Shown: positions 40,220 to 52,328 of the stretch, piece by piece
How positions within the stretch are numbered: the stretch's first letter is position 1
Layout: every line of letters begins with the position of its first letter
NCBI RefSeq assembly: GCF_009834535.1
Contig: NC_045696.1
Location: forward strand, 31,932,001-31,996,000
Length of the DNA stretch: 64,000 nucleotides
Direction: 5' to 3'
DNA from: Camelus ferus
Lineage: Eukaryota
Translations under genes and position numbers: made by a program
The notes under the pieces: generated by a model
Told to the model about the DNA's origin: nothing
The model's input: the letters and a program-made list of their open reading frames with translations, nothing else
Databases searched by the model: none

Positions 40220-40803
40220 AGTTCTTTTCCTTATCTATTGATATATAACAAATTACCCTAAAATTCAGTAGCTAAAAGCAACACAGTCATTTCATTTCAT
40301 AGGTTCTGTGAATCAGAAATCTGAATACTCCTCAGCAGAGTCTTCTAACTCAGGGTCTCTCAAAAGGCTGCAGTGAAACTTCTGCCCAGGACTAGGGAGT
40401 CATCTCAAGGCCTGTGGGGACAGATCTACATCCAGCCTCACTTAAGTGATTATTGGGAAGGCTTAGTTCTTCAAGGGATGTTATTAAATGGAGGATCTCA
40501 GTTCCCTGCTAGCTCCTGTCAAAGACTGCCCTCAGTACATTACCACAGGGGCTTCTCCAACACAGCAACTTTCTCAACCAAAGCCAGCAAGAAAGTCAGC
40601 TAGCAAGATAGAAGTCTTCTATCTTTTTTGTAATAATCATTGAAAAATCACGAAAGTGACATTTCATTAACTTTCTTATATTGTAATGATTAGAAGTAGT
40701 TCAGTAGACCCAAGACATATTCAAGAGGATGAAATTTACAAAATGGCTTAAAATTTAGGAGTTGGAGGTCACTGTAGGCCCTTTTTGAAGTTTGTCTACT
40801 ACA
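40220..40803 (-). mobile_element. MaLR solo LTR (MLT1E/F-like)
   Basis: tataacaaattaccctaaaattcagtagctaaaagcaaca...tcatctcaaggc...gtctactaca. Confidence 0.85.
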
Positions 40804-41513
40804 GAAGATTTCAAACTAAAAGTGATTCTTCTCTGAAGATATGTAGCAAGCTGCTAGTACGTTTCTGGTTGCCTGTAATGAATTTGATGAATAGAAAAGC
40901 TAATGACAATGCTGATTTCATTAGGAAAAGTATCATGACATAAACAATAAAATATTTTATTTTCTGGTGAGGTTATAACTTGACTCGTCTCATTTTCCTG
41001 AAGATTTCTTTAAAATTTATTTCTAATCCCTCTACTGTCACCAGTTGTAATGGAATGTCTTTCATCAATAAAATCAAATTGACAATGGCAAAGGAAATTA
41101 TGGAAATTATTGCAACACAAAACTCTTCTCTCAGTACTTGTAGCTCTTTGGAATTGTGTAGAAATGATAGTTAAAAACCAATTTGGCTTACCAAATTGTA
41201 TGGAATTTCTTTAAAAGAAAGAGAAAAGATGGATGATTTAATCGGTACTCATGAAGCTAGATTAACACAAAAGTAAACCAAAAAGAAACATAAAGAAAAA
41301 GAAAATGAATCAAAAAGCATGTATTAGTAAAACAGACAACTACCAAAAGAGAGAGCAATAAAACTAAAAGATGATTATTTGAAAAATCTAATAAAATAAA
41401 CTTCTCAAATCAAACCCAGTAAAAAAAAGGACATTCAGAAAGATAAGTAAATAATGAATACTTTTATGTTAGTTAACTTTAAATTGCAGACAAAATAAAT
41501 AATTTTCAACAAT

Positions 41514-42001
41514 AGCAGTTTTCAAAATTTTAGGAATTCTGCACTCTTAAAATTATTGAGGATCCCAAAGAACTTTTATTGTGCAGGCTATTTCTATCAA
41601 AATTTATAGTTTTAAAATGAAAACAAAAATTTTAAAACATCTATGTATAAATTTATTTTATAATATACCAGTAATACATACACATTACATGTTTATAAAT
41701 ATAGACATATTTTATGAAAAAGTAGCTATACTTTTCTAAAACAAACAAAAAAGTAATAAGAATACTGTCCATGTATCTTTAAAATTGGGTTTACTATCAC
41801 AGTAAGTTTGCTAAACTATCACAGCTTCATCTCTGAAACCTTGAAAAACTCCACAGTACACTCGTGAAATATAAAGAATGAAAAAAAATAAATAATACTT
41901 TAGTGCTATGTAATTATGAAAATATTTTTTTACCTCACAGACCTCTCAAAAGTTTCTGCAGGAATCACAGGCGTTCCTGGAGCACACTTTGAGACAAGTT
42001 G
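41514..42001. mobile_element. hAT-Charlie non-autonomous element (Charlie1b-like)
   Basis: cactcttaaaattattgaggatcccaaagaactttt near the left end; ggagcacactttgaga near the right end. Confidence 0.8.
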
Positions 42002-43203
42002 TTCTACAAAAAAAAAATATATATATATACAAACACATCTAAATTAAGGAAAAACAGAAATGACTAATTCTATCATCTTTAAACTTAAATATCAGCATCA
42101 AAACTTCTGACGATCCCATTCCTACTCAAAGGGGATAGGGACAGGGAAGATGCGAGATCTAGACAAGTTTTACCAATTTGTCAAAAACAGATAACCCCCA
42201 ATTTGTAGAAAATAGAAGAAGATAATCACTCTATATGGTCAGCATAACTCTAATAAAAAAATGCAAGCCAGCTTATTGCAAGGAAAGAAATTTTCATCTA
42301 TCTCAATACTAGAAATAATAAGAGAGTTCACTGGGATTTATACATGTGAGATCAGCATACAAAAATAAGTAGCATTTATATATTCTACCAGTTTTTCTAT
42401 TTAAGTATTAGAATAAGGGAAAAGAATATAATTTTCAAAGGCCATGTAAAGTATATAGTATCTGGGTAAAACTCTTAACAAAGGATGTCCCTTTATGAAG
42501 AAAGTTAAAACACATTATTGAAGGATACAAAAAAAAAAATCTGAAAAAAAAAAGTACCACATTCCTTTATGGGAGGACTCAAAAATATTTTTAAACAAAA
42601 TTAATTTTTACCAAATTATTTTATGAATCATTTCGCCTTTTTCAATTATTTAAAAATTGATATTTGACAGACTATTTCAGATATTCTCCTGCTCACCATG
42701 AAAATTGACAAGCTTTAGAGAAAATGTAAAGTCATAGGCCCTATCCTAGACCTAATGGAATCATCCAGACCACCAATGGTTTACATGCACATCAAAGTCA
42801 GAGAAGCAATAATCTTTCAAAAATCTAAAAATGACCAAACACATAAAGATCAAAAATAACAAAAAATTGGGGGGTTCTTGCCCTACAAGATATTAAGACT
42901 TAAAATTACTAGGGTAGCATTTAAGGCATTGATACATGGATAGATGATCCATGATCCAAAATATGTACTAGGAATAGACCCTGTCTTATATATCATGATA
43001 TCATGATATGAAATGGATGAAACATTACAAATCAGTGATGATATGGTCATCTAGTTAATAAATATCTTTGAGACAATTTTATATATGTATATATATAAAT
43101 TATTGGCCAAATGTCCTACATGTGAAAAGCAAGATTTTATAGATATTAAAAGCAATAAAACAAATATCTCTTAGGAGTTTGGTAAAAGGAAGGATTTACT
43201 ATA

Positions 43204-43979
43204 TGTGTTAGTCAGCTTGGGCTGCCATAACAAAATACCATAGACTGGGTGATTTAAACAACAAATTTATTTTCTCACAGTTCTGAAGGCTAAAAGTCCA
43301 AAATCAAATTTCTAGCAGATTGGATTTCTATTGAGAGCTCTCTTCCTGGATTGCAGATGACCACTTTGTCCTCACATGGCCTTTCCTCCTAACACTATTT
43401 TGGGAGGAGTAAAAAGAGATCCCCTATCTTTTTATAAGGCCGCCAGTCCTACCAGATTAGGGTGTCACCTGTCATGAACTGAATGTTTGGGTCCCCCCCA
43501 GATTGGTATGTTGAAACTCCAACTCCCATGTGGACTATATCTGGAGATAGGGCCTTTAAGGAGGTAATTAAGGTTAAATAAGGTAATAGGAGTGAGATCC
43601 TGATCTGATAGGATTAATGTCCTTAAAGGAAGAGACAGGAGATAGCCCAATTTCTCTCTGCGTGCACACAAGAAGCCATATGAGCATACACACAAGAAGA
43701 TGGAGGCCACCATAAGACAAAAGAAGAGGCCTCAGGGTGAAATCTGCCTTGCCAGCACCTTGATTTTGGACTTCCCAGGCTCTATAACTCTAAGAAATAC
43801 ATTTATGTTGTTTTAAGCTACCCAGTCTGTGGCATTTTGTTATGACAGCCTGAGCAGACAAATACACCACTCTTCTGAGTGCATTTAAACTTAATTATCT
43901 CCTAAATTCTCTCTGTAAATATAATTAGGGTTAGGACTTCAACAATGAGTTCTGTGGGGACACAGTTCTTTCCCTAGTA
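43204..43979 (-). mobile_element. MLT1A-like LTR split into 43204-43469 and 43867-43979
   Basis: tgtgttagtcagcttgggctgccataacaaaataccatagactggg start; ggggacacagttctttccctagta end. Confidence 0.92.
43470..43866 (+). mobile_element. MaLR LTR (MST/MLT1A-like) nested in the previous LTR
   Basis: tgtcatgaactgaatgttt...cagcctgagcagacaaataca; TSD-like tcacc/ccact. Confidence 0.93.
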
Positions 43980-46900
43980 CTGTGTAAAATACAAAAACAC
44001 AAAGAAAAACTTAAAAGGTTGATTGACATGATTATATTACATAAAATCATCTGTATAACAAATACACTTTAAATAAAATTAAAGTATTAGCCATAGACTA
44101 GAAGGAGATATTTTCAACGTTTATAATAAATAAAAAGTACTGAGAAAATATAAATGACTACTACAAGTCAGCAATAAAAGACAAATAGCTGAAAAGGGAA
44201 TATGTGCAAAGAGTATAAAGAGGAATTACTAAACAAGGAAATACAGTGGCCAATAGACATATGAAAAGATTCTCAATCATTTTGTATTTCTGTAAGGAAA
44301 TGCAAATTTTGAAAAATGAGGTTCTTTTCATACTCAGGTGATTAGCAAAATAAAAATGAATCTGGCAATATCGGGTATTTGTAGCATGTTGGAAAAAGAA
44401 ACTCTCATACCCCTTTTGTTGAAGAGTATATTGGTAACACCACATAGGATAGACGTCTCAGTCTTCCTAGGATAATTGAACACATGCGTATTCTGTGACA
44501 TAGCCATTGCACTTTCATTATATACCCTACTGAAATTCTCTCACCTATAGAGAAGAAAACATGCACAGGAATGAACCTGGAAATATTGTTTGCAAGAGTG
44601 AAAAATTGGAACTAATCCAAATGTCTCCATCCATAGTGAAATATATATATAAATTGGGGTTTATTTATGCAGTGGAATACCACAGACAATTTAAAATGAG
44701 TGAACTAGACTCTATGTAAACAAACATAGACTTTTAAGCAGAATGTCGACTGAAAAAAAAAAAAGCAAGTCACAGAATGTTACCCTAAACAAGATATAAA
44801 ATTTAATAGATATAAAGATATAAAATGTAACTTCTGTGAAGGTAGAAGATACAAGGATTATGAGAGCTAACAGAATGAATCACATACTCCATTCCTGCTT
44901 TCAGGGACAACCTTGAAGTTTTATATTTTATTTTAATTTTTTTTAGGAGAAAAGCTTTCTGGGCCAGTACAGTAGGGCTGGTGAAAGCAAGGGTAATAAC
45001 TACGCTGGTCTCAGATTAGCTTTTCCTTGACTGTCTGGGATTTAACCATGACACAAAAACATGATAGGGGTATCCAGATAGCGTAGCTGCTGACCTCAGA
45101 ATTAATGAAATTCAGAGAGCAAAAGTCAATAGGGTGTGCTGATCTTTATTCCTCCAGATGAATGCCCATAATCTCACTTAAGGCGTGCTCTAATAGGTAT
45201 TACCCTCTATAAATCCTATTCCTAGCTATGTGTATAATGGTTTCATCTTTCCAAGTGGATCATCTCATAATTATGCTCAGCACTCATGATTTAATGAGGT
45301 ACTTCCTCAGCACAAAGTATTTTCAGAGAAGTATTAATTCTTCAAAGTCCTAAAAAGCATTGTGCCCTTGAAATAGAGGCTAAGATTGACTGGTTTGTGG
45401 TTGCCCAGGTGCTTGAGCAAGAAAGAGTCCCACAAGGACCAGATATATAGCCCAGGTGTGTTCTCTACAACGGCAGCAGATGAGGAAGTGGCGATGCTAC
45501 AGCTTCCTCAACCAGCTGCTCTGGCTGTCTGCCAGAGCCAGACAATCTAGGAACTAGAACAACTTGCAAGCAATGGGAATCTCCAAGCTTCTTGGAAAGA
45601 CTTAGTTACATTTTATAGGATTTACCCTACCCCTCCCAATCAACAGCTCTGTGAATGAGAGGGTCTGAAGGAGGCCAGTGAGAAAGAGATGAGCATTTTC
45701 ACTATAGATAATGTCTTTATTTCAAGTTACAGGCCTGATTCAGGCCTTGTTATTGCAAATGACTCTTCTAATGCCAAAAGTTTTATAATAGTCACCTGCA
45801 GAACTAAAACACTTCTGGAATTTCCAAATTTAAACCCAGCATTCTGCATGCCACCTGGTAGCATAACTCATTTTTATCCTACCACTATATTCCTGAATCT
45901 ATTTATCAACCCTGATTCCTCTTACAGCACTGATAAGAACACATTATGCAGATGTCTTGAATTAGCTTAACTTCTAATTGACAGAACACTTGAACTTGAC
46001 TGAGACGATAAACACTAAATAAACTGTATTTATACCTTTGTTTATCTGCTGTTGGCATTTCTGCAAATGTTTAGAAGAAAAAAATATCTCAACCACTGAA
46101 TAGCTTTTTATTTAAATCATGGAAGCTAGTTATTTGTTTAATTCCAAATTTGAAAAGTTACACCAAAAAATTTCGAACTGTCCTAGTAAACTAACTTACT
46201 TATTTAGCTTTCTATTTGAATGTAAAATGCTTGTAATGTTTTTTAACAACATTTTAAATATTGGGAAAATGTAGAAGGCAGTAGACTTGAATTTATATAT
46301 TACTTCTATAATAATGAATAATTTTGTATTGCTTAGTTGTTGTCATATACACGTTGGTTATCCATAATTTTAAACTCCTCTATGAAATGTTGCTACACTT
46401 GCTCCACCAAATAAATTTTAAGAAATTTAAGAAAGAAATCATAGGCAAATAATTATTTTTTCTGGTTACTGAAGACTATTTTGTAGAAAGAAATGCTGCC
46501 TTGTCATGATGCCATTGATAGGAAGTATATAACTTTGTATTAACCTTTATATTGTATGTACATATATGAAAAAATGTCCCAAATGCTTGAAAATCACTTC
46601 TTTTGTTATTTACTTCTTTTTATATTTACGAGAAAAATATTTTTATTTAACATTATTGTTGCCATTAGCATTTTTAAGCATGATAATGCTTGATTTTTGC
46701 TTTAATTTATTTAGAGATCACCTACCTTGCTTTCTAAAGTAGCTAAATAGCTAGATAAATAGACCAATCAGTCAGTCAATCAATCAATCAATATTGCCCT
46801 GGTCCCATAATTTTCCTCTGCTCTGATTACTATTCTAATAATTTTGTACTAAATTGAACCAAAATAAAAGGAACATATTTTCTACACTGTGACACTTTAA

Positions 46901-48049
46901 CTGAATTTTTTGACAAATATATTTTCTCTAAATATAAACTTTAAATGTTCTATATTTTTACTGCTGCACAGCAGAATAGAGAGCATTTAAAATAACCATA
47001 CTACCAGACTGATTTGTTTCTTTATCACCATAACCATCAGACATAATACTGTTAGAGATGCATTTGAATATTTGAAATCTTAGGTTCTATTTTTGGCTTT
47101 TTTTCAGATATTGAGGGCATTTTTTAAAATAGTGACCATCATTAATCAAAAAAAAACTCTGTGTTTAGCACAATTATAGGAACCCCTTTTCAAATATATT
47201 ATAGTATAGGAGAATATTATATATACATAAGAAAGACATTTTAATAGAATTAAATCATATAAACTTACAGTTCAAAATATAGATGGGCAAATGGATCTCA
47301 ATTTTCATGCCAGTCTGACTAATTGATGATTTCAGCCTGAACCCCTCTTTTGTATTCAGAATCTGTTTTTATAACATCATTGGGAAAGACTCTCATATGA
47401 TAGAAGCAGGATTAAGTCAAAATGGTAGGTTGAAAATTAAGCATTTTCCATTCCTTACATAAAATATTAAGATGCAAAGTATAAATAGATTAAATCAACA
47501 TTAGACGGAATGTGTGGTGGAGCCTTCAAAGAAAATATGATACTGTGTAGATCTTAAAATATTGGTAGTAGCAATGAAAAGAAACTCAGTGAAGAGAATG
47601 GTAAAGTTACAGGGACTTGAGTGAGCATAGCTGACTTTAAGAGGTGTGGATGAAAGATCTAGTTAAAGTAGAAGATTTTCATTGTAGAGCGCTAGAAGAT
47701 CAACTCTAGATAGTTCATGTTTGGAAAGAATTGAAAGCCAGTCTTAGGTATTTCTCATCCATTTAAAATGATCAATACATGATTGAAAAATAACTATGAA
47801 ACAATATTGATGAGGGTCTTTTGAAGGAGGAAAAAAGTTGAATAAGGAAGACCACTTGGAAACTGTATGGTCACTTAAAATGTTAGCTAATTAGGACTGG
47901 AATTAGGGCTGTGGCACTGAGAACTGAAAATAATTAGTACATTACTACTTTATCTGTCTTATATCTTGGAAATTATGTTTAAATGTATTTACTTATTTGA
48001 TGTAAAATATAGGAAATGGAATTTTATATTTGGAGTAAATAATGGTGAT

Positions 48050-48358
48050 TATAAATATTTAGGCTATTGCTAGATGTTACAATAAATAAATTGTTTTAGG
48101 AGCTGTATACCATGGAATGTTATTTTACACTCAAATAATTGTTCAGGTATTGCTGGTGAGTGAGTGACTTTCTTCCACATGATAATTCAGGTTTTCATTT
48201 TTTGGCTGTACCCTTCCTTAGGGCCTCGGAGATCTCTAAATTCACCCAGTAGAAAGGTAAAGGAAACGGGGAGAAGACACAACTGCTTCTTTAAACCTCA
48301 GTCCTGAACTGATATATATATCCAGATATATATGGCAATATGATTATGTATGTATGTA

Positions 48359-48401
<43 letters not shown>

Positions 48402-48540
48402 CAGTTACAACCACATTTGCCCTGTTGCAAACAGAATGGGAACTATTGTCTGTGGTTAGGTAGCTATTTCTCTACAGCAACTCTCTATACATGTAAGGGA
48501 GATTATGAATTTTGGTGGCTAGCAAGCCATCGCTACTATA
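48050..48540 (-). mobile_element. Old MaLR LTR (MLT1J-like) containing a microsatellite
   Basis: cttccacatgataattcagg ... ttttggtggctagcaagccatcgctactata. Confidence 0.6.
48346..48398. repeat. (TATG)n(TG)18 microsatellite
   Basis: Read directly. Confidence 0.98.
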
Positions 48541-48979
48541 GAAACCATGTAGCAGAAGCATTAGCCAAATATCTCAGTTTACATAAGCACTGACAAGAAT
48601 CCAGACTATATAACTCCAATCATTGATTTACTTATTCATTTAATGACTATTTACATAGTTTTTATTTGGGACCAGACATAGTGGTAGATTCTATGGATAA
48701 CTTGTTCAGATGACCCAAAAATCACACTCAAGCTGAATGGCTACTCACCATATTAGGTTGTATGTATTGAAAGCATTACAATGAATTTGTTCAAAAACTA
48801 CACCTCTTAATCCATTTTTAACCAGTCACTAAGCATTCAGGTTTAGAGTCAGGCAGAGATTGTACAAATTAATAAATAACTCTGACGTTTAGTGACTCTA
48901 TGGCTCAAAGTACTTAGTTTAGAATGTTTATGCCTCCCTTTCCTTATCTGAGAACTGAAATAAAATTAGTAACTGCTTT

Positions 48980-50140
48980 ATTAATTCATTTATTCAATAA
49001 GAATTTATTCAGCACCTACCATGAGCACCTGTGATATGCTTGGTTCTGAGGATATGTGAAAAAAATAATTCAAGCTAAGTACCTAAGTTCTTGTAGATAA
49101 TATATCAGTTGTTAAGTTTTTGAAAGGAAAATGAAGCACAGTACAGGATATAGTAGAGTGCTTGAAAGGTTGATGTTTAAAATAGTTTAGTCATGAAAGG
49201 CCTCTCTAAGCTGACGTGTGAACATAAATCAGAAAAAAAAATTAAGAGAATAATCCATGTAATAAGTTGGCAGAATAATATTCCAGACAAAGCATCTAGT
49301 AAATAAGCATAGGATAAAATAGAAATGTACTTTTTGTGTTTGAGGAAGGAAGCTAAAGTTTTTGAGGCTTGAGAGTATGTGAAGATTAAGTACTGACCAA
49401 GAAGATCTTATTTCCCCCAGCTTGACTAAACTTTGGACAGGCTTCTTTATGACTCTAGGTTCCTGACCTCCTTTTTCTTAAAGCATTTACTTTAGAAAAC
49501 TTATAATTGTAAATTCTTTCTCTACTTCTTGAAATGTATGTAAATTTTCTCCCAGACTCTTTCCAGTTTTACAACCCAAGAAATTTTGTTCTTAAGGACA
49601 TGGGAACTATCTTTTTGAAATATACATTGAAATAGATAGGACTCCTATCTCACAGTCTTTGTGAAAGGGTAGGAGCCTAATTCGGGGGGCACATTGCTCC
49701 AAATTGTAAAAAAAAACTACCTACTACCATGAAAACAGAAGAATAAGTGAGGGTTTATTTTTCCTTTGGTAAGGTGAATTAACTAACACAGGTGACCTAT
49801 GCCTACCAGCTAACTCAGCTTTTAAAAACTCTCTAGCCCTCTGTTTCAGTGGAATTAAGTTCGGTTTCTCTCCCCCTATTGCAATAGTCTTGAATAAAAT
49901 CCCTCTTGTCTGTTTAACTTCCATAATGCTGGAAGGCTTCACAGAATTAGGGCAGACCCAGCTCGCAAATGGTCTTTTGACCAGGTCAGGAATTTGGCTT
50001 TCTTTTGAGTGAATGGAACCTTCTTTGGAATTTTAAGTCATGATAGGCCTTATGTTCTAAGGTTTCACTCTGGCTGTCATGTGGTGGTAAAAACAAACAA
50101 ACAAGCAAGCAAAACAGTTAAAAAGTGATTGTACTGATCT
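48980..50140 (-). mobile_element. L2 3' region interrupted by an ERV1 LTR
   Basis: attcatttattcaataagaatttattcagcacctaccatg is the reverse L2 tail; L2 resumes after 49925. Confidence 0.75.
49394..49922 (+). mobile_element. ERV1 LTR (MER31/MER67 group)
   Basis: cttgactaaactttggacaggc...agcatttactttagaaaactt...ctattgcaatagtcttgaataaa. Confidence 0.8.
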
Positions 50141-50149
50141 AATCAGTGT

Positions 50150-50395
50150 ATCCCTAATAGGGAACACTCCCAGTGAGCTGAACTTTGAACTATAAAACTA
50201 GTTCTTCATTCTGCATGGTAGGCAAAAGACATTCTAAGGTAATGATTAATGGGCATTGACTAATTATTTGTTTAGTTGGTATGGGACTTGGAGAAACCAG
50301 ATTGGAAGATTTGTATCAAGGAGATCTGGGAAAAGGCATTTGTTTTTGACATCTCAGAAACAGTATGAAGGTATTTGTATTCTATTTGAATGTTT
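50150..50395 (+). mobile_element. ERVL internal fragment (RNase H region)
   Basis: ctcccagtgagctgaactt (SQWAEL-like) and tggtatgggacttgg (WYGTW, cf. ERVL WSGTW); followed by an LTR-like tract to ~50654. Confidence 0.7.
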
Positions 50396-51149
50396 ACTAG
50401 AGAGTGGTGACTGTGTCTGCTCCATTCCTCAACTCTGGCAACCCAGGTTCCTGTACCACCTCCTTCTTCAATCTCTCAGAGCTAAGTTTAGTGGTTTCTT
50501 GCATTTTGCTAAAATTTGCTTGCCTCACCTCCCCATTTGTTTGGTCTCAGAAATTCTAACATCATTATTATAGTTGCTATATTATCCCCTGTATTGAACC
50601 ACCTGGAGTGTTTTTGGTTTGTTTTTAAATCCCTGACTACTCACTGACTAATAGAATTGGTTACTTTTTTATACTATAAAGTAATTGAGCACTAAAGCAT
50701 TCTTTAAGATACAGCAATGATTAATTTGTCAGTTTATTGTAAGAAGTAAGTTTTGTTTAGTTTTTTCTTTTATTGGATTAGTTTTTGTTGTGTTGAAGAA
50801 ATTGTAGTTAATATTTGATTTGGATCTTCCAAATTATAGAAGCAAGAGGCCTGGGGCAAGTGATCTCATTTTCTCTGAACCGAATGTATATGTGACTTCA
50901 GATCTATATAGAAGTAGCATAAATAAATATGGGCCAGTCCACTTTAACTATACAGTTTGTTGGGTAAGTCCCATCAACTATATAATATTGTTCAGAAAAC
51001 CAATCCTCATAAAGATTTCTTCTGTATCATTTCCCAAACAATGTCTATCTTGGGTAATGAAAAAACTGCCACAGAGGTACACAGCAATACATGAGCTGAA
51101 ACCCTGCAATAGCTATGTGGTGTCTTAAGAGCTCTATTGAGGTATGGAG

Positions 51150-51305
51150 GAAAAATGTGAATTCAGCTTCTATGTTATGGTTCCCTCATTTGTAAAATCA
51201 GAATAATAATACTTATCTGTCTCTCTTGGGTGCTGTAAAATTAATTAGAATGTTATAGTTCTTTGAGAAACATGAATGAAAGTGACTCTACAAGAGCAAA
51301 TTTTG
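51150..51305 (+). mobile_element. MIR fragment
   Basis: ttccctcatttgtaaaatcagaataataatacttatct. Confidence 0.75.
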
Positions 51306-52017
51306 ATTGCCATTCTTAATGTTAATGCTAACAATAAAAAATAATATTTCTGTACTGTTTCCTGTTTTAGTCATAGTGATTGGTAAGTCATAATTATTAA
51401 ATTCTGTGGAATACTGATATTTAAGGCAAGAAAATGCAGCTTTAGAAAAATTTTAGAAAATGTAAAATCCACAAGGGAAGGAATTTCTTTGTTTTGTTCG
51501 CTATTTCCTGAACATACAGAAGCATATCTGACACCTTTCAGTATGTATTTGTTTAATGAATATGTGTAACAGGTATTTTGTTAACACATGTACATTCTTA
51601 GTTATATTTTTAAAAGTCACCACAAAAATGCCAGTCTGAATTTTTATCCACATCGAAAACCATACCACACACATACATGCACACTTTTCCAAGTAAATAA
51701 TTAATTACAATATATAATTGCTCCATAAGCAACCATTTAAACAGAATTAAAATAAATATTTTTTAAAACCCCAAATCTAGATTGCATTAACATATTAAGT
51801 TATAATTATGGTTATGTTGATATTGTATTATCATAAATAAGAACTACTGAAAATGCTGATTTATTTATATCTTACTTCTTATATTTGTATGATAGCTATA
51901 AATTATTTCATATAATTGTTTTAATATGATTCTTGGATTGTAACGCATCAACATAGGCCCTATTTATGTAGTATATTCTTTTTCTGCATTTATACAAATA
52001 CTTAGTTTGATGAAACG

Positions 52018-52200
52018 CAATCCATGCTCTGTATCTGTGGGTCCTGTATCCGCGAATATGGAGGGCCAACTGTACTAAGCCATTTTATGTAAGGGACTTG
52101 AGCATTCAGGGATTTTAGTATCTGCTGGGGGAGTGAGGAGGAGGCGTTGGAAAGGGTGATCCTGGAACCAAGCCCCCTCAGGTACTGAGGGTGGACTATA
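52018..52200. mobile_element. Tigger2/MER2-like MITE
   Basis: ctgtatctgtgggtcctgtatccgcgaatatggagggccaactgtac...aagggacttgagcat...cctggaaccaagcccc...gagggtggactata. Confidence 0.88.
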
Positions 52201-52206
52201 CCAACA

Positions 52207-52328
52207 TTAGTTGGTGTGGGACTTGGAGAAACCAGATTGGAAGATTTGTATCAAGGAGATCTGGGAAAAGGCATTTGTTTTTGACATCTCAGAAAGAGTA
52301 TGAAGGTATTTGCATCCTATTTGAATGT
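52207..52328 (+). repeat. 122-bp direct duplicate of 50272-50393
   Basis: Ungapped alignment by eye, 4 mismatches. Confidence 0.97.

Larger units (their letters stand above)
42010..44830 (+). mobile_element. Ancient L1ME-like ORF2/3' remnants, interrupted by nested MaLR LTRs
   Basis: cagtggccaatagacatatgaaaagattctcaatc ... gcagtggaataccacagacaatttaaaatgagtgaactag. Confidence 0.75.

Noticed and set aside
44930..45040. Strong plus-strand acceptor (ttttttttag) followed by a short open frame
   Set aside because: Only a weak donor, an early stop and an unrecognised peptide; such acceptors are common in T-rich DNA.
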